Below the pieces are notes generated by a model. The model was not told where the DNA came from. It made no database searches and worked only from the letters and a program-made list of their open reading frames with translations. DNA of 64,000 nt from an uncultured virus (IMG/VR IMGVR_UViG_3300027832_000014). Its lineage: Duplodnaviria; Heunggongvirae; Uroviricota; Caudoviricetes. The DNA is taken from the IMG/VR virus record IMGVR_UViG_3300027832_000014; one strand, given 5' to 3'. This document shows positions 1 through 9,441 of this stretch, one piece after another (position 1 is the stretch's first letter; each line of letters opens with the position of its first letter). The position numbers and the translations under genes were made by a program.

Positions 1-726
1 TTCCTCGTCCGTACGACGGGAAGCACCACCACCAAGCACCTTTTCGATGTGCTCAACACTGTAGAAGTTCAACCACGAGGGAAGCGGGCGCTCCTGGATC
101 TTTTCCAAGAGTGCGGCAAGCTCATCATCATCCGCCAGCGCCGGAGAGGACCGCCGCGCCAACTTCACCTTGCTGTACTTGGTAGCAAGTCCCTTGCCTT
201 CTCGGCTAAACACAACGTCAAACCCATCGTAGGGGTTGTCAAGCGGGATAACGCCACCGTCTTCTTCTTCGGCCTGTCCAGCGATTTCCTTGTCCAAGGT
301 AACCGGCATGGACCAAATCTCGGGGGCGGAATCTTCATCTTTGCGGTCGACCACAAAAACCACAATGCGCCGCTTGGCCTTAAACGCCTTAGCGGACTCT
401 TCGTCATCGTCCGCCGCGGCCCGTGCCTGCTCAGCGCAGACGGGACAATGCGTGCCGTTCATCCTGTCCGCGCACAGGTAGGTGACATCATCGGGGCCAA
501 CACCGTAGTGGACCCAAATGTCCAAGCCGTAGTGCTCGGGGTCGTCCCATGTCGGCGGGAGAATACGTACCGTGTTCTTCCCCTCGCCAATGGAGTAGGT
601 CTGCGCGTCGTCCTTGAAGATAGAGTCGAAGTCCCGCCCGGACTGGTTGGCGCGCTTCTTAACCTGCTCCGCGGAACGCGGCTTGTAGTTGAACGTCTTC
701 TTGGCTGTCTTCTTCTTAAGCGCCAT
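1..726 (-). CDS. ssDNA-binding protein, T4 gp32-like (3' end runs off the window; not in the ORF track)
   Basis: Manual translation from ATG 726: MALKKKTAKKTFNYKPRS...GKNTVRILPP...YLCADRMNGTHCPVCAE...DGFDVVFSREGKGLATKY. The VRILP and CPVC motifs are typical; replication context. Confidence 0.75.
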   Translation of the reverse strand, partial: MALKKKTAKKTFNYKPRSAEQVKKRANQSGRDFDSIFKDDAQTYSIGEGKNTVRILPPTWDDPEHYGLDIWVHYGVGPDDVTYLCADRMNGTHCPVCAEQARAAADDDEESAKAFKAKRRIVVFVVDRKDEDSAPEIWSMPVTLDKEIAGQAEEEDGGVIPLDNPYDGFDVVFSREGKGLATKYSKVKLARRSSPALADDDELAALLEKIQERPLPSWLNFYSVEHIEKVLGGGASRRTDEE

Positions 727-927
727 GGTATCTTTCCTTCTTTGCTTAATTGAATTTGTCGTGGCGAGCGCCCTTTTGCACACTCTCGCCGGAGTGTGGC
801 AGCTTTGTCATTCGCACTAGGTATTTGAACTTCTCTTCGTAGTAGCAGCGTGCCAATGTTGCCGGGTTAAACAGAACAAGTGCCAGCACTGCTAACACAA
901 TCCAGGCTATTTCGATATACAGGCCCA

Positions 928-1461
928 TCACAGTTTTCTTTTCTTGGTTGCTTTCCGTTGCTGAGACATAGCGACCCTTCTTTGCGCGTAGGTTTCGTCG
1001 GTTAGGTCATTGCTGCCCTTAATGACGATGTCGCTAAAGTACCCTGCTACGTATATACGACCAAGCTCGCGCAGCATTTGACTACGTTGGTTAAAAGACT
1101 CTTTGAGTGTCTGCCATTTGGCAAGGTGATGTTGCAGTTCCTTCAAATCATCTTGCATAGCCCGCCAATGGGGTTCATTCATTATTTTGGCGGATAATTC
1201 TTCTTTGGTAACTCTGCCGGTAGTGTTGGCTTTTGTTTTTGTGTAAAATCGAGATTCATACCTTTTTATTCTAAAAAGGAGCAGATCCCGTTGAGATTGC
1301 AATACCCGGCACTTCTCCGATATTTCGTGGAAAAGTTCCGGGTGTTGCTCAAAGTGTGTGTCTAAGTTGGTTTTTTGGATACGAAGTTTGCTACGGTAGT
1401 GTTTATATTCTGCTTCGTCCTCTTCCACAACTTCGTTATTCAATGTTGGTCTACTTGCCAT
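928..1461 (-). CDS. UvsY-like recombination mediator (coiled coil)
   Basis: 177-aa helical protein next to the SSB, ending ...KESFNQRSQMLREL like UvsY-family proteins. Confidence 0.5.
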   Translation of the reverse strand: MASRPTLNNEVVEEDEAEYKHYRSKLRIQKTNLDTHFEQHPELFHEISEKCRVLQSQRDLLLFRIKRYESRFYTKTKANTTGRVTKEELSAKIMNEPHWRAMQDDLKELQHHLAKWQTLKESFNQRSQMLRELGRIYVAGYFSDIVIKGSNDLTDETYAQRRVAMSQQRKATKKRKL

Positions 1462-1463
1462 TG

Positions 1464-2420
1464 TTATTCCTCACCTTCCAACAAAGAACCAATGGCCAGC
1501 ATAACCGGGGCCATCTTCTCACTACGGTTGTATATGCCGGGGCAAAAAGCGTCCACAACGGCCAGCAGGGACATACGTTGCCCATCCTTGGTCTTGTTAT
1601 CCATGGCCACCTTGGTGCAGTAGTTGACCAATACTAACCGCAAACTTTCGGGGTCGGTACCTTCCAAGTCACGTAGAATGGAAAGAACTTTGCTCCATGT
1701 GGGCTTACCGAAGGCAAGCAGGCGACACAGGTCAATAACGTTCTTGTCGTTAACCTGCACTTGGTTAATAAGCGCCACGGCCTCGTCCGCATCTTGTGCG
1801 AAGTGGCACTGCTCCAAGTAGGTTAGCAACTGGCGTGCACTACCACCGGAACTTTCAACACAAACGTCGGCAACGCCTTCGCCAAGAGACTTGCTCTTAA
1901 TACCAAGCTCTTTGCAGCCACGCAGCAGCACCTTCCTTAATTCATCTTCTTTTAGGGGGGCGACCTTAAAGTGGGTAGCACGGGTGCGGATGGTCTTAGG
2001 TACCTTGCCTTCTTCTGTAGTGCACAAGAACCAGTAGAAATGCTCCGGGGGCTCTTCCGTGGACTTAAGCAACGCCTGCCAACTGGAATTGGAGAGGGCA
2101 TGGCACTCATCCACAACCACGCACTTGATACCCCCCTTGGACATGCTCTTGTAATTCATGTGCTGGGTAAGGGCGCGCACCGCATCGACACCGCTATTGG
2201 TTGCCGCATCAACTTCCTGCACGTTAGCGTCCGCGCAACCAAAGGCCCGCGCCATAACCTTAGCAAGCGTTGTCTTGCCTTCGCCGGAACCGCCTGTCAG
2301 TAAAAAGGTATGGGGGCGCTGCTTGGCCTCTATGATTTTCTCAATGGATCGCACAATGGGACCGTTTCCCACTACTTCATCCAATGTTTGGGGGCGACAA
2401 CGAACTGCTAGGCTGGCCAT
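1464..2420 (-). CDS. Clamp loader AAA+ ATPase (DNA pol III gamma/tau-like)
   Basis: RPQTLDEVVG, Walker A GGSGEGKTT, VVDECHAL, ALLKSTEEPP, TIRTR. Confidence 0.9.
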   Translation of the reverse strand: MASLAVRCRPQTLDEVVGNGPIVRSIEKIIEAKQRPHTFLLTGGSGEGKTTLAKVMARAFGCADANVQEVDAATNSGVDAVRALTQHMNYKSMSKGGIKCVVVDECHALSNSSWQALLKSTEEPPEHFYWFLCTTEEGKVPKTIRTRATHFKVAPLKEDELRKVLLRGCKELGIKSKSLGEGVADVCVESSGGSARQLLTYLEQCHFAQDADEAVALINQVQVNDKNVIDLCRLLAFGKPTWSKVLSILRDLEGTDPESLRLVLVNYCTKVAMDNKTKDGQRMSLLAVVDAFCPGIYNRSEKMAPVMLAIGSLLEGEE

Positions 2421-2531
2421 GGTGGTTTCTCCTACGTGCTAATGCTGTTTTGCGAGGGACACAGGGGCTTTTGACCCCTAGTAGCACCCCAACGGGCTTA
2501 ACTACCTATACGACACCTGTAGGGTCGTCGT

Positions 2532-5117
2532 TTAAGCAGCCTGTTTCTGATTGAACCAATCGTCACTGTAAAACTTGTCAACTTCGTTGAGATCGTACCA
2601 ACTACTACCCGCCTCCACTTCCACAAGAATTGGCACATCAAAAAACTTGTAGGAGCTCTGCAACATAATCTCCAGGATGTTTTCCAAGTATTCCTCGGCC
2701 TTGTTCTCAGGCAACCTAAAGGTCAAGTCATCGTGGATGTTAAGAACAGGCTGGTAACGTATGTCGCCAACCTTGCAAGCGTACTCGCTTAGCCGCGCCA
2801 TGGCATCCATAACCACGTCGGCGGCAGTGCCTTGCACTGGAGTGTTGATTGGCTGGTTCCTTTCCAACGGTCCGCGTCGGCGTCTACCAGTGAGGGTTTC
2901 CACGTAGAAGTTCTCAGCGTAGAACTTTCTGGTGTCTTCGTGCCAGCGGCGCACACCGGGGAACTGCTTCCAAAGCTCTTTTTGCAGCCACACAATTTGC
3001 TTCTCGTCTACCCCAAGGCTGTTGGCAATCCCTTTTGGCTGTGCACCAAAACAACTAGGGAACACAAACTCGTTCTTGCTACGTTGTCTCCAAATACCCT
3101 GCTCGGCCTTATCCAAGCTCTTCCAACGACCACCACCAATAAGACTAGAACACTGCGCTATAATTCTTTCCGCCCACTCCTTGTGAACGTCGTACCGTTC
3201 CCACAGTGCGGCCTTGAGCGCCTTGTCCTTGGCGCACAAACCAATCACGCGCCATTCAATTTGCCCGTAGTCCGCGGCAACAAACAGTTCACCGCTTGGC
3301 GCTACGATCTGGCTACGAATGTACTTGTCTTTATGCTTGGGGAAATTCTGCTCGTTTGGCTCCTTAGAAGTAAGACGTCCCGTCTCCGCGATGCAAGGAC
3401 TAAGAACCGGGTGTAACATGCCATCGTCGAACAGGTAGTCCCCACCTATGGCCAACCCGTCGACGTAGGTGGATTTCAGCTTGGTTGCTCCACGGAAGTC
3501 CAGCGCCAATTTAGCCAACGGGTGAGTCACCTTAGACAAAATGCCTTCATCCGCCTTAAACTTGCCGTTCACTTTAACGGAGCGCACACCAGCAAACTCA
3601 TACAACACCTTAGCTACGTCTTCGGGGCTACCCACGTTAAAATGTTTTCTGTACTTGGCCTCGTACTCGTCTACTTCCGGGAGGGACTTTATAGCTTTCT
3701 CCGCTTTCTTTATCTTCTTAGAGAGAAACTTTTGGTAGCGTACTACCTCACTCTGGTCAACGTGTAATCCGGCAAGTTGTGTAGCGGGCACCGTCTTGCA
3801 CCTGCGCAGCGCATCTTCGTACACTTCCACCAGTGATTGGTCTTCCAGCTTAGCTTGCTGTGTTAGATAGAGCTTATGTGTGTATTTAGTATCTCCCCCG
3901 TTGTAGGTGAGCACTTCAACCAACGGGGCTTGAATAAGGTTGGCGCGGTCGAGATTGCTAATTTCCTTAATTCTAAGTCCTAAGTTAATGGTACACAAAT
4001 CGTCCAAGCTAAACCCGCGCATCTGCTTGTTACGCTCGTCCAAGATGTATGCCTGCATAACCGTGTCTTGCCAATTCGCGGCCCAACAAATGTCGAACCC
4101 AAAGTAGTAACCCATATGTTCTAGTTCAAAAGGCAGGTTATGGGCAACCTTCTTTGTGGTGGTTTCTCTAAGGAATTTCTCTACTAAGGCGTACACCGCC
4201 TTCAGCCCTTTACGACTCCACTGACACTCCGGGTGTTCTAGCCCAATAGCAAGGGTGTTGCCGTAGGTACCAATAGCGATGCTAAGAAGTTTAGCGCCGT
4301 TGTTATAAGGGCGTAGCCCATGGCTTTCGATGTCGTAGGCGCAGGAATCTTCTACGGACATCTTCTTAAAGTGGCGTTCAATTGTTTTAAGATCAGAAGT
4401 TTCGTTCTTTCCAAAGACAATGTGTATGCCCTGTGCATAGTCCGCCTGCGAAAGAACTTCAGGTTTACCCAACTTGTTCTTTTTAGCCTTAAGTACAATG
4501 GCGCGGCCGCGATGCTTGGCGAGGTTGTCTGCTTCTGTGAAATACCGTTCTCCGGTGCGCTGAGACGCGCGTATATTGGCCAGCATGGTTTCCATGTCTT
4601 CCATAGGGAAGAACCAACAGTCGTGCCCGCCAATGTTAACCGGGATAAGCCTGTAAGAGAACAACTTAATGTCCGTAAGGCCCGTAGCCCACTTCATAGC
4701 AAGAAACCCAAGTCCGATAACAACCTTGGGCTTATGCAGGGCAATATCTTCTTCTACTTGTTTGCGGCAGCAGTTTATTTCTACTTCATTGGGTCGCCTG
4801 CCCTTGGGGGTATAATCCTTAGTTACAGAACCAAACCGCATATGCTGTATGTTCGCCGCACCAAAAATGCGTTTAAACTCGGACCCAGCGTCGCCAACCA
4901 AATGTCGGCCCTCGTCGTCCTGCTCCTCGGTAATACCCCCGTGTAGCACGTAGATTGGGGCGTTGTCGGCACCAGTAGACCCCATCTTTGGGGAGGTAAC
5001 CTTAGCTTTGTTCAAAGGGCAGGCGGCGCACCCCATTTCGTACAGGGTTTCCTTGCTTACCGAATCGGGCCTTCTCTTTGCCAGCTTCTTCTTTTCGTCC
5101 GCAATAAAAAAGCCCAT
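2532..5117 (-). CDS. Family A DNA polymerase with N-terminal uracil-DNA-glycosylase-like domain and 3'-5' exonuclease
   Basis: CAACPL and GRHLVGDAG (UDG family 4-like); YDIES, AHNLPFE, YNGGD (exonuclease); TGRLTS, ADYGQIE, NTPVQGTAAD, NIHDD (PolA). Confidence 0.93.
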   Translation of the reverse strand: MGFFIADEKKKLAKRRPDSVSKETLYEMGCAACPLNKAKVTSPKMGSTGADNAPIYVLHGGITEEQDDEGRHLVGDAGSEFKRIFGAANIQHMRFGSVTKDYTPKGRRPNEVEINCCRKQVEEDIALHKPKVVIGLGFLAMKWATGLTDIKLFSYRLIPVNIGGHDCWFFPMEDMETMLANIRASQRTGERYFTEADNLAKHRGRAIVLKAKKNKLGKPEVLSQADYAQGIHIVFGKNETSDLKTIERHFKKMSVEDSCAYDIESHGLRPYNNGAKLLSIAIGTYGNTLAIGLEHPECQWSRKGLKAVYALVEKFLRETTTKKVAHNLPFELEHMGYYFGFDICWAANWQDTVMQAYILDERNKQMRGFSLDDLCTINLGLRIKEISNLDRANLIQAPLVEVLTYNGGDTKYTHKLYLTQQAKLEDQSLVEVYEDALRRCKTVPATQLAGLHVDQSEVVRYQKFLSKKIKKAEKAIKSLPEVDEYEAKYRKHFNVGSPEDVAKVLYEFAGVRSVKVNGKFKADEGILSKVTHPLAKLALDFRGATKLKSTYVDGLAIGGDYLFDDGMLHPVLSPCIAETGRLTSKEPNEQNFPKHKDKYIRSQIVAPSGELFVAADYGQIEWRVIGLCAKDKALKAALWERYDVHKEWAERIIAQCSSLIGGGRWKSLDKAEQGIWRQRSKNEFVFPSCFGAQPKGIANSLGVDEKQIVWLQKELWKQFPGVRRWHEDTRKFYAENFYVETLTGRRRRGPLERNQPINTPVQGTAADVVMDAMARLSEYACKVGDIRYQPVLNIHDDLTFRLPENKAEEYLENILEIMLQSSYKFFDVPILVEVEAGSSWYDLNEVDKFYSDDWFNQKQAA

Positions 5118-5118
5118 G

Positions 5119-5379
5119 CTACCTCACGCTAATGAAAGGGTTTCCCACGGCAAACATATTCAGTTCCCCGCATTGGGGGTTAGTGCACTGGTACGCAACC
5201 AGCATTCCCTTGGGGTCCGCTTGCACAAACTCAAGGGCTGCTTGGCAGTTTGAACACTTACCGTTATTCCACCTTTTTCGATCGCGCAGTAGAATAAACA
5301 CAATGGCGATTGTTGGTACCACCAAAAAGAGCGCTAACCCCCCAAGAAGGGCGGTGCTATGGTATTGCAACCATTCCAT
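5119..5379 (-). CDS. Small membrane protein with Zn-ribbon
   Basis: N-terminal hydrophobic helix, CSNC...CTNPQC; tightly packed between clamp and polymerase genes. Confidence 0.6.
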   Translation of the reverse strand: MEWLQYHSTALLGGLALFLVVPTIAIVFILLRDRKRWNNGKCSNCQAALEFVQADPKGMLVAYQCTNPQCGELNMFAVGNPFISVR

Positions 5380-6491
5380 TAGTCTTCCTCCTCTACCGCG
5401 GCAACGGTGGGAGTGGCCAGCGGGGCAACATAGTAGTTGAAGTAGTGGGTTGTTCCGCCGAAACGACTGCCCGACTGCCCTAGGAGCATGGAAGACACCT
5501 TGTCCGACACGCGCAGCATATCTTCCGGGAGCAAGCGCACGGTGGTTTCCGCAACAGTGTGATCTTCCACCGCCTCCAACTTGAGAACTTCCCTAACCTT
5601 ACCAAAGCGGGATTCAGCCCGCAGGGTTAGCTTGTTTTCCGCAATGGAAGCTATGATGTGCGGGCTGTCCTCCGTAAGAACCAACTGGCAACGTTGGATG
5701 GCTGCGTAGAAGTTGGCGGGAATGGGAACCATGTCCCCGTTGGTATGCCCCGCATCAAAGGAAGCCACCATGGCTTCGTAATCAGGGGGGTTAACACCGG
5801 AAGCAAACTTGCTGTAAATGGAAGTACCCCCGCCGAAGGTAGCCATAACGCTCTGCTTGCCAATGCTCAACGAGGCTTCCGGGTTTTTCAGGGAAAGTAC
5901 CTCGTCGGCAATATCAACCAGCGCGGTACAAAAGTTAGTGGGGAGAATAGCGTGTGTTTCTCCGCCCTCAAGTTTCTTTCCCGGGATCTCATACGAACAG
6001 ATGGTGCGATCGTTGGTGCTAAACAGCTTTAGGAAGTCTCCAAGCCGTCTAACAAGAATGCCACTAAACTGCGGCATGGACATGTCGTCGCTAGCACTAA
6101 TAAGGCAGTGCCGAAGCGCCAGAATGAAGGATGGCGTAATATCAATGTCCCAAGCGTTCTTAATGCCCGAGGGTACTTTGAATATGTAGTCGGACTCTGG
6201 CAGGATGGGGGCGGTGAACTTGCTACGACCCTTTCCCACGGTTAGAATCTCTTTATCAACGGTGAGATCCAGTTCCTTGCCCGTGTACTTGTTGAGAAAC
6301 CCGAGCAGCTGACTACCGCGCACCAGACCACTAAACCCCGTGGGACACTTGGTTTTGATACCAAGCTGATCGTTATAGGCAACAACCTCCTTGCCGGTGA
6401 AGTGGAAGCAGGTTAGCACCGGAACAAAGTCCTTGGTAGCAAGAGCCAGCTTGGCAATACCCAACTGCTTCAGAAGTACGTGACGGTCCAT
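5379..6491 (-). CDS. DNA sliding clamp (beta subunit-like)
   Basis: About 370 aa; VPVLTCFHF, PQFSGILV, STNDRTI and PDYE resemble DnaN; clamp loader is nearby. Confidence 0.8.
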   Translation of the reverse strand: MDRHVLLKQLGIAKLALATKDFVPVLTCFHFTGKEVVAYNDQLGIKTKCPTGFSGLVRGSQLLGFLNKYTGKELDLTVDKEILTVGKGRSKFTAPILPESDYIFKVPSGIKNAWDIDITPSFILALRHCLISASDDMSMPQFSGILVRRLGDFLKLFSTNDRTICSYEIPGKKLEGGETHAILPTNFCTALVDIADEVLSLKNPEASLSIGKQSVMATFGGGTSIYSKFASGVNPPDYEAMVASFDAGHTNGDMVPIPANFYAAIQRCQLVLTEDSPHIIASIAENKLTLRAESRFGKVREVLKLEAVEDHTVAETTVRLLPEDMLRVSDKVSSMLLGQSGSRFGGTTHYFNYYVAPLATPTVAAVEEED

Positions 6492-6493
6492 TG

Positions 6494-7525
6494 TTACACT
6501 CCGGTTGGAAGGAATTCCCACGTCTTCTTATACGTGTGCAATTCCGATAGGTTACGTTGTTTTAGGAACTCATAACTTACAAGACGATTAACCACGCCTT
6601 CCCCGTTTAGAATACTGTTAAAAGAATCCTGTGCCGGGAAAGCAAAAATAATGCTTCTGTCTTTAATAACAAACCCCGGTTCATTTCGGTAACTGGAAGT
6701 ATGTATAAAACCTTGCTTTTGGAAAGTCATGTTCTTCTTGCGTAAAGTAGCCTGCACGTTAAGAAGCACACGGGTAATTAGTTTCATGCGGTCTCGGTAG
6801 TGGGTTTCCATACCAGTTACGGTAAAGCCATTGCTCTCAATGAAGTCCACGATAGCTTTCTTCTCGTGCCCCTTCATATTGAGAAAATGCTTTCCGCCCT
6901 TAATAGAGCCGCTCTTCTCGCTCATTGCTACCATGTTTGGGCTAACGGAATAATCAGGCACCCCGTCATTCATCTTGGGAAGAAGTATGTTACCAAACGC
7001 ACCAATGAGCATCCAAGACGTGCTGTCACACGTTTTCCACGGGTAGCGGTACATGAGTGGCAAACTGGTCAACCCCAACAGGTGCGTCGCTACGACAGGT
7101 TGACCAGCGCTATTAGCAATGTGGTCGTACACACGGTCGAGGAAAGCAACACGGCCCCGGCTGGAACGAATGGAGCTAGGTGAGATCCCTATGTAAGTGT
7201 ACCCCTTGCTGATGTACTTATCCAACCAACGAAGATCTTCTCCAGCATGGTAAACGGGCATACAGTGCAAACCCGCCGATTCCATAATAAGAAGATTTTC
7301 ATAACCAGCACGGGCGGACTCTTCCAGTTCCGTTGGTGTTGGCACCCTACCAAGGGCACCCGGCATCACGTCCAGGTTGATATAAGAGTTAAGTGCCAGC
7401 TCATTGTCCGTAACAAAGTCCACGTACTCCCAAAGATCTATGTAGCCACCGCTACGCCACACAGTAAAGGCCCCACTATCCAGCAGGATTTTTAGCGGAG
7501 GCCGGGTAAGGTGCGGCCTGCTCAT
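6494..7525 (-). CDS. DpdA-like DNA guanine transglycosylase (TGT fold)
   Basis: LLDSGAF, NLDVMP, PVYH, HLLG and DSTSW motifs; ATG 7525 overlaps the folE stop (ATGA). Confidence 0.75.
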   Translation of the reverse strand: MSRPHLTRPPLKILLDSGAFTVWRSGGYIDLWEYVDFVTDNELALNSYINLDVMPGALGRVPTPTELEESARAGYENLLIMESAGLHCMPVYHAGEDLRWLDKYISKGYTYIGISPSSIRSSRGRVAFLDRVYDHIANSAGQPVVATHLLGLTSLPLMYRYPWKTCDSTSWMLIGAFGNILLPKMNDGVPDYSVSPNMVAMSEKSGSIKGGKHFLNMKGHEKKAIVDFIESNGFTVTGMETHYRDRMKLITRVLLNVQATLRKKNMTFQKQGFIHTSSYRNEPGFVIKDRSIIFAFPAQDSFNSILNGEGVVNRLVSYEFLKQRNLSELHTYKKTWEFLPTGV

Positions 7526-8571
7526 TTGGGGAGCAGTGCTAGGAATTCTTGCCGGGTAGAAACGTTGTCCAAGAAGTAACCGGTCATCTTGGACGTGGTG
7601 GTGAGAACGCCTTGTACTTTGATGCCGCGCATTTCCATACACATATGTCTGCATTGGAGCATAACAGCCACACCATGGGGGTTGAGCACATCGCGCAGTG
7701 CTTCCGCGATCTGCACGGTGAGCCTTTCCTGCACTTGTAACCTCTTGGAAAACACATCCACCACACGGGCTAACTTGCTCAACCCAACAACACTTCCATT
7801 GGGAACATAAGCTATGTGCGCCACGCCAAAGAAGGGGGCGAAGTGATGCTCACAGTTATGTACCAACATACCGTTAGCAAAGAAGTTGGGGAAATCCGGC
7901 ACAGTCATGCACCAAACGTCTTCTCGCCAACGACCCTCTTCCACGCCGAGCACAGTATGGTCACCTTGTCCTCGATTTAGATAACAACCCAAAGACAGGG
8001 CGTCCCGTCTATCTTGGTATTTGGCCTTGTCGGTTTTCAACTTCGTACTTGTCCGGTAAAGAGATAACAGACTATCCCCCGAAGTTAGATGTTGCGCTTC
8101 CACCCATCCACGGTTGTAAGTAAGAAACCTGTGATCCGGTGTACATAAAACTGTGTCGTTGTCTGTGTACACGCGAACAAGTTTGGCGTTCTTCCTAGTC
8201 ACCCTAGGATTCTCACATTGTCGTAAATGCAACTGCATGGTTTGTTCGTCCACACAATACACCCAATCGCCAGTGGTCAACTGTGAGATTGGTATGAGAC
8301 CCTTCGGCGTCTCTACGAAAGTAGAGCCGACAACACACATGCTGTAAACGGGGATGTTGGTTTGGCAAACCATTTCGTCATAATTGGAACTGCCATCCTT
8401 GAACGCTTTAAGGATGTTTAAAGGATTGTGTTCGTAGCCACCAAGGTAATGCGTAAAGGCGCGAGCAAAACGTTCCGGGGTTTCTTGCAGCCCTTCCCGC
8501 TTAATGTCTTCACTGTCCGAAATACCCTTAAGGATATGGTGACAGGCTTTCTCAAAGTGCTCCGAGTTCAT
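7522..8571 (-). CDS. folE: GTP cyclohydrolase I interrupted by an intein
   Basis: REGLQETPER, CEHHFAPFFG, GLSKLAR, RLQVQERLT, HMCMEMRG. Confidence 0.95.
   Translation of the reverse strand: MNSEHFEKACHHILKGISDSEDIKREGLQETPERFARAFTHYLGGYEHNPLNILKAFKDGSSNYDEMVCQTNIPVYSMCVVGSTFVETPKGLIPISQLTTGDWVYCVDEQTMQLHLRQCENPRVTRKNAKLVRVYTDNDTVLCTPDHRFLTYNRGWVEAQHLTSGDSLLSLYRTSTKLKTDKAKYQDRRDALSLGCYLNRGQGDHTVLGVEEGRWREDVWCMTVPDFPNFFANGMLVHNCEHHFAPFFGVAHIAYVPNGSVVGLSKLARVVDVFSKRLQVQERLTVQIAEALRDVLNPHGVAVMLQCRHMCMEMRGIKVQGVLTTTSKMTGYFLDNVSTRQEFLALLPK
7855..8337 (-). mobile_element. Mini-intein (161 aa, no homing endonuclease) in FolE
   Basis: Starts CVVGSTFV, block B CTPDHRFLT, ends NFFANGMLVHN followed by extein Cys (CEHH). 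Removal gives a 188-aa FolE. Confidence 0.93.
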
Positions 8572-9352
8572 TAGCCCCTCCTGTTTTCTTGTAGGCGGTA
8601 AGAATTTCTTGTGCGCGCTTGTTGGGGTACCCTCCTGTTTGGGCTTTGTACAAAGCGCTAGTTTTCCGTCCGTACTCCATTGGGTCAGAAAGAAACTCTG
8701 TGTGGTTCGCCATGTCGTTGTTGACTAAGGCTACCCACCTTTTAAAGCAACTAGGGCACTCGCCACAATGCCCCTGCTCGCCGCTGTAGCAGGAAATTGT
8801 TTGGGAAAGCATGTCGAGTGGCCCACCAGTCACAAGATACTCATACAACGCTTCTGTTTTGTTAAGATGCCGGATAGGACTTCCTACTTTGAAATACTTT
8901 CCCTCCGTCCAGTATTGTGGGCGGTGGCTTATGTTCAACAGGGTTTCCATAACAGAGCAAAACTCCGGGCTTTTGTCGGAGTTGATTTCATCTTCTAAAA
9001 TGCCAAGCAAGATGTTTTGCCCGTATTGCGCGGCGTTTAGGACCAACTGTGCGTTCCGAAAAGGGATAATACCACTAGCAGCATCTTCGAACGGGCTCAT
9101 ATCCGTGCTAGGCATAACCACCATTCTTTGTGCGCGCTTGTCCCAACGGTGAGAAAGATTCAGGTTTTCTCGCAAAGTAGCGAGATTTTTTACTGCGGAT
9201 TGCTCTTTCTCCCCGTACTTGGCGTTGATATTGGAGTAGAGCCAAATTGCGTTTAATAGATCTTGCTGGTCTCGTAAGGACCACCAAGCAAACAGGCTGT
9301 CCATCCCACCAGACATAAGAATAACGGGGGCGGATTGTTCGGGGCGAATCAT
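8552..9352 (-). CDS. queC: 7-cyano-7-deazaguanine synthase
   Basis: SGGMDS PP-loop, IPFRN, SCY...HCGECPSCFKR. Confidence 0.88.
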   Translation of the reverse strand: MIRPEQSAPVILMSGGMDSLFAWWSLRDQQDLLNAIWLYSNINAKYGEKEQSAVKNLATLRENLNLSHRWDKRAQRMVVMPSTDMSPFEDAASGIIPFRNAQLVLNAAQYGQNILLGILEDEINSDKSPEFCSVMETLLNISHRPQYWTEGKYFKVGSPIRHLNKTEALYEYLVTGGPLDMLSQTISCYSGEQGHCGECPSCFKRWVALVNNDMANHTEFLSDPMEYGRKTSALYKAQTGGYPNKRAQEILTAYKKTGGANELGAL

Positions 9353-9441
9353 TTCAGTACCTTTTGTGCTGTATAGACAAAACGGGCGGGAAGGGGTGCA
9401 AGGGAACCCAACCCGCCCGAATGTTGTAACCCTTTCCGGGG

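Noticed and set aside
49..753. 234-aa plus-strand ORF
   Set aside because: Antisense shadow of the minus-strand SSB gene.
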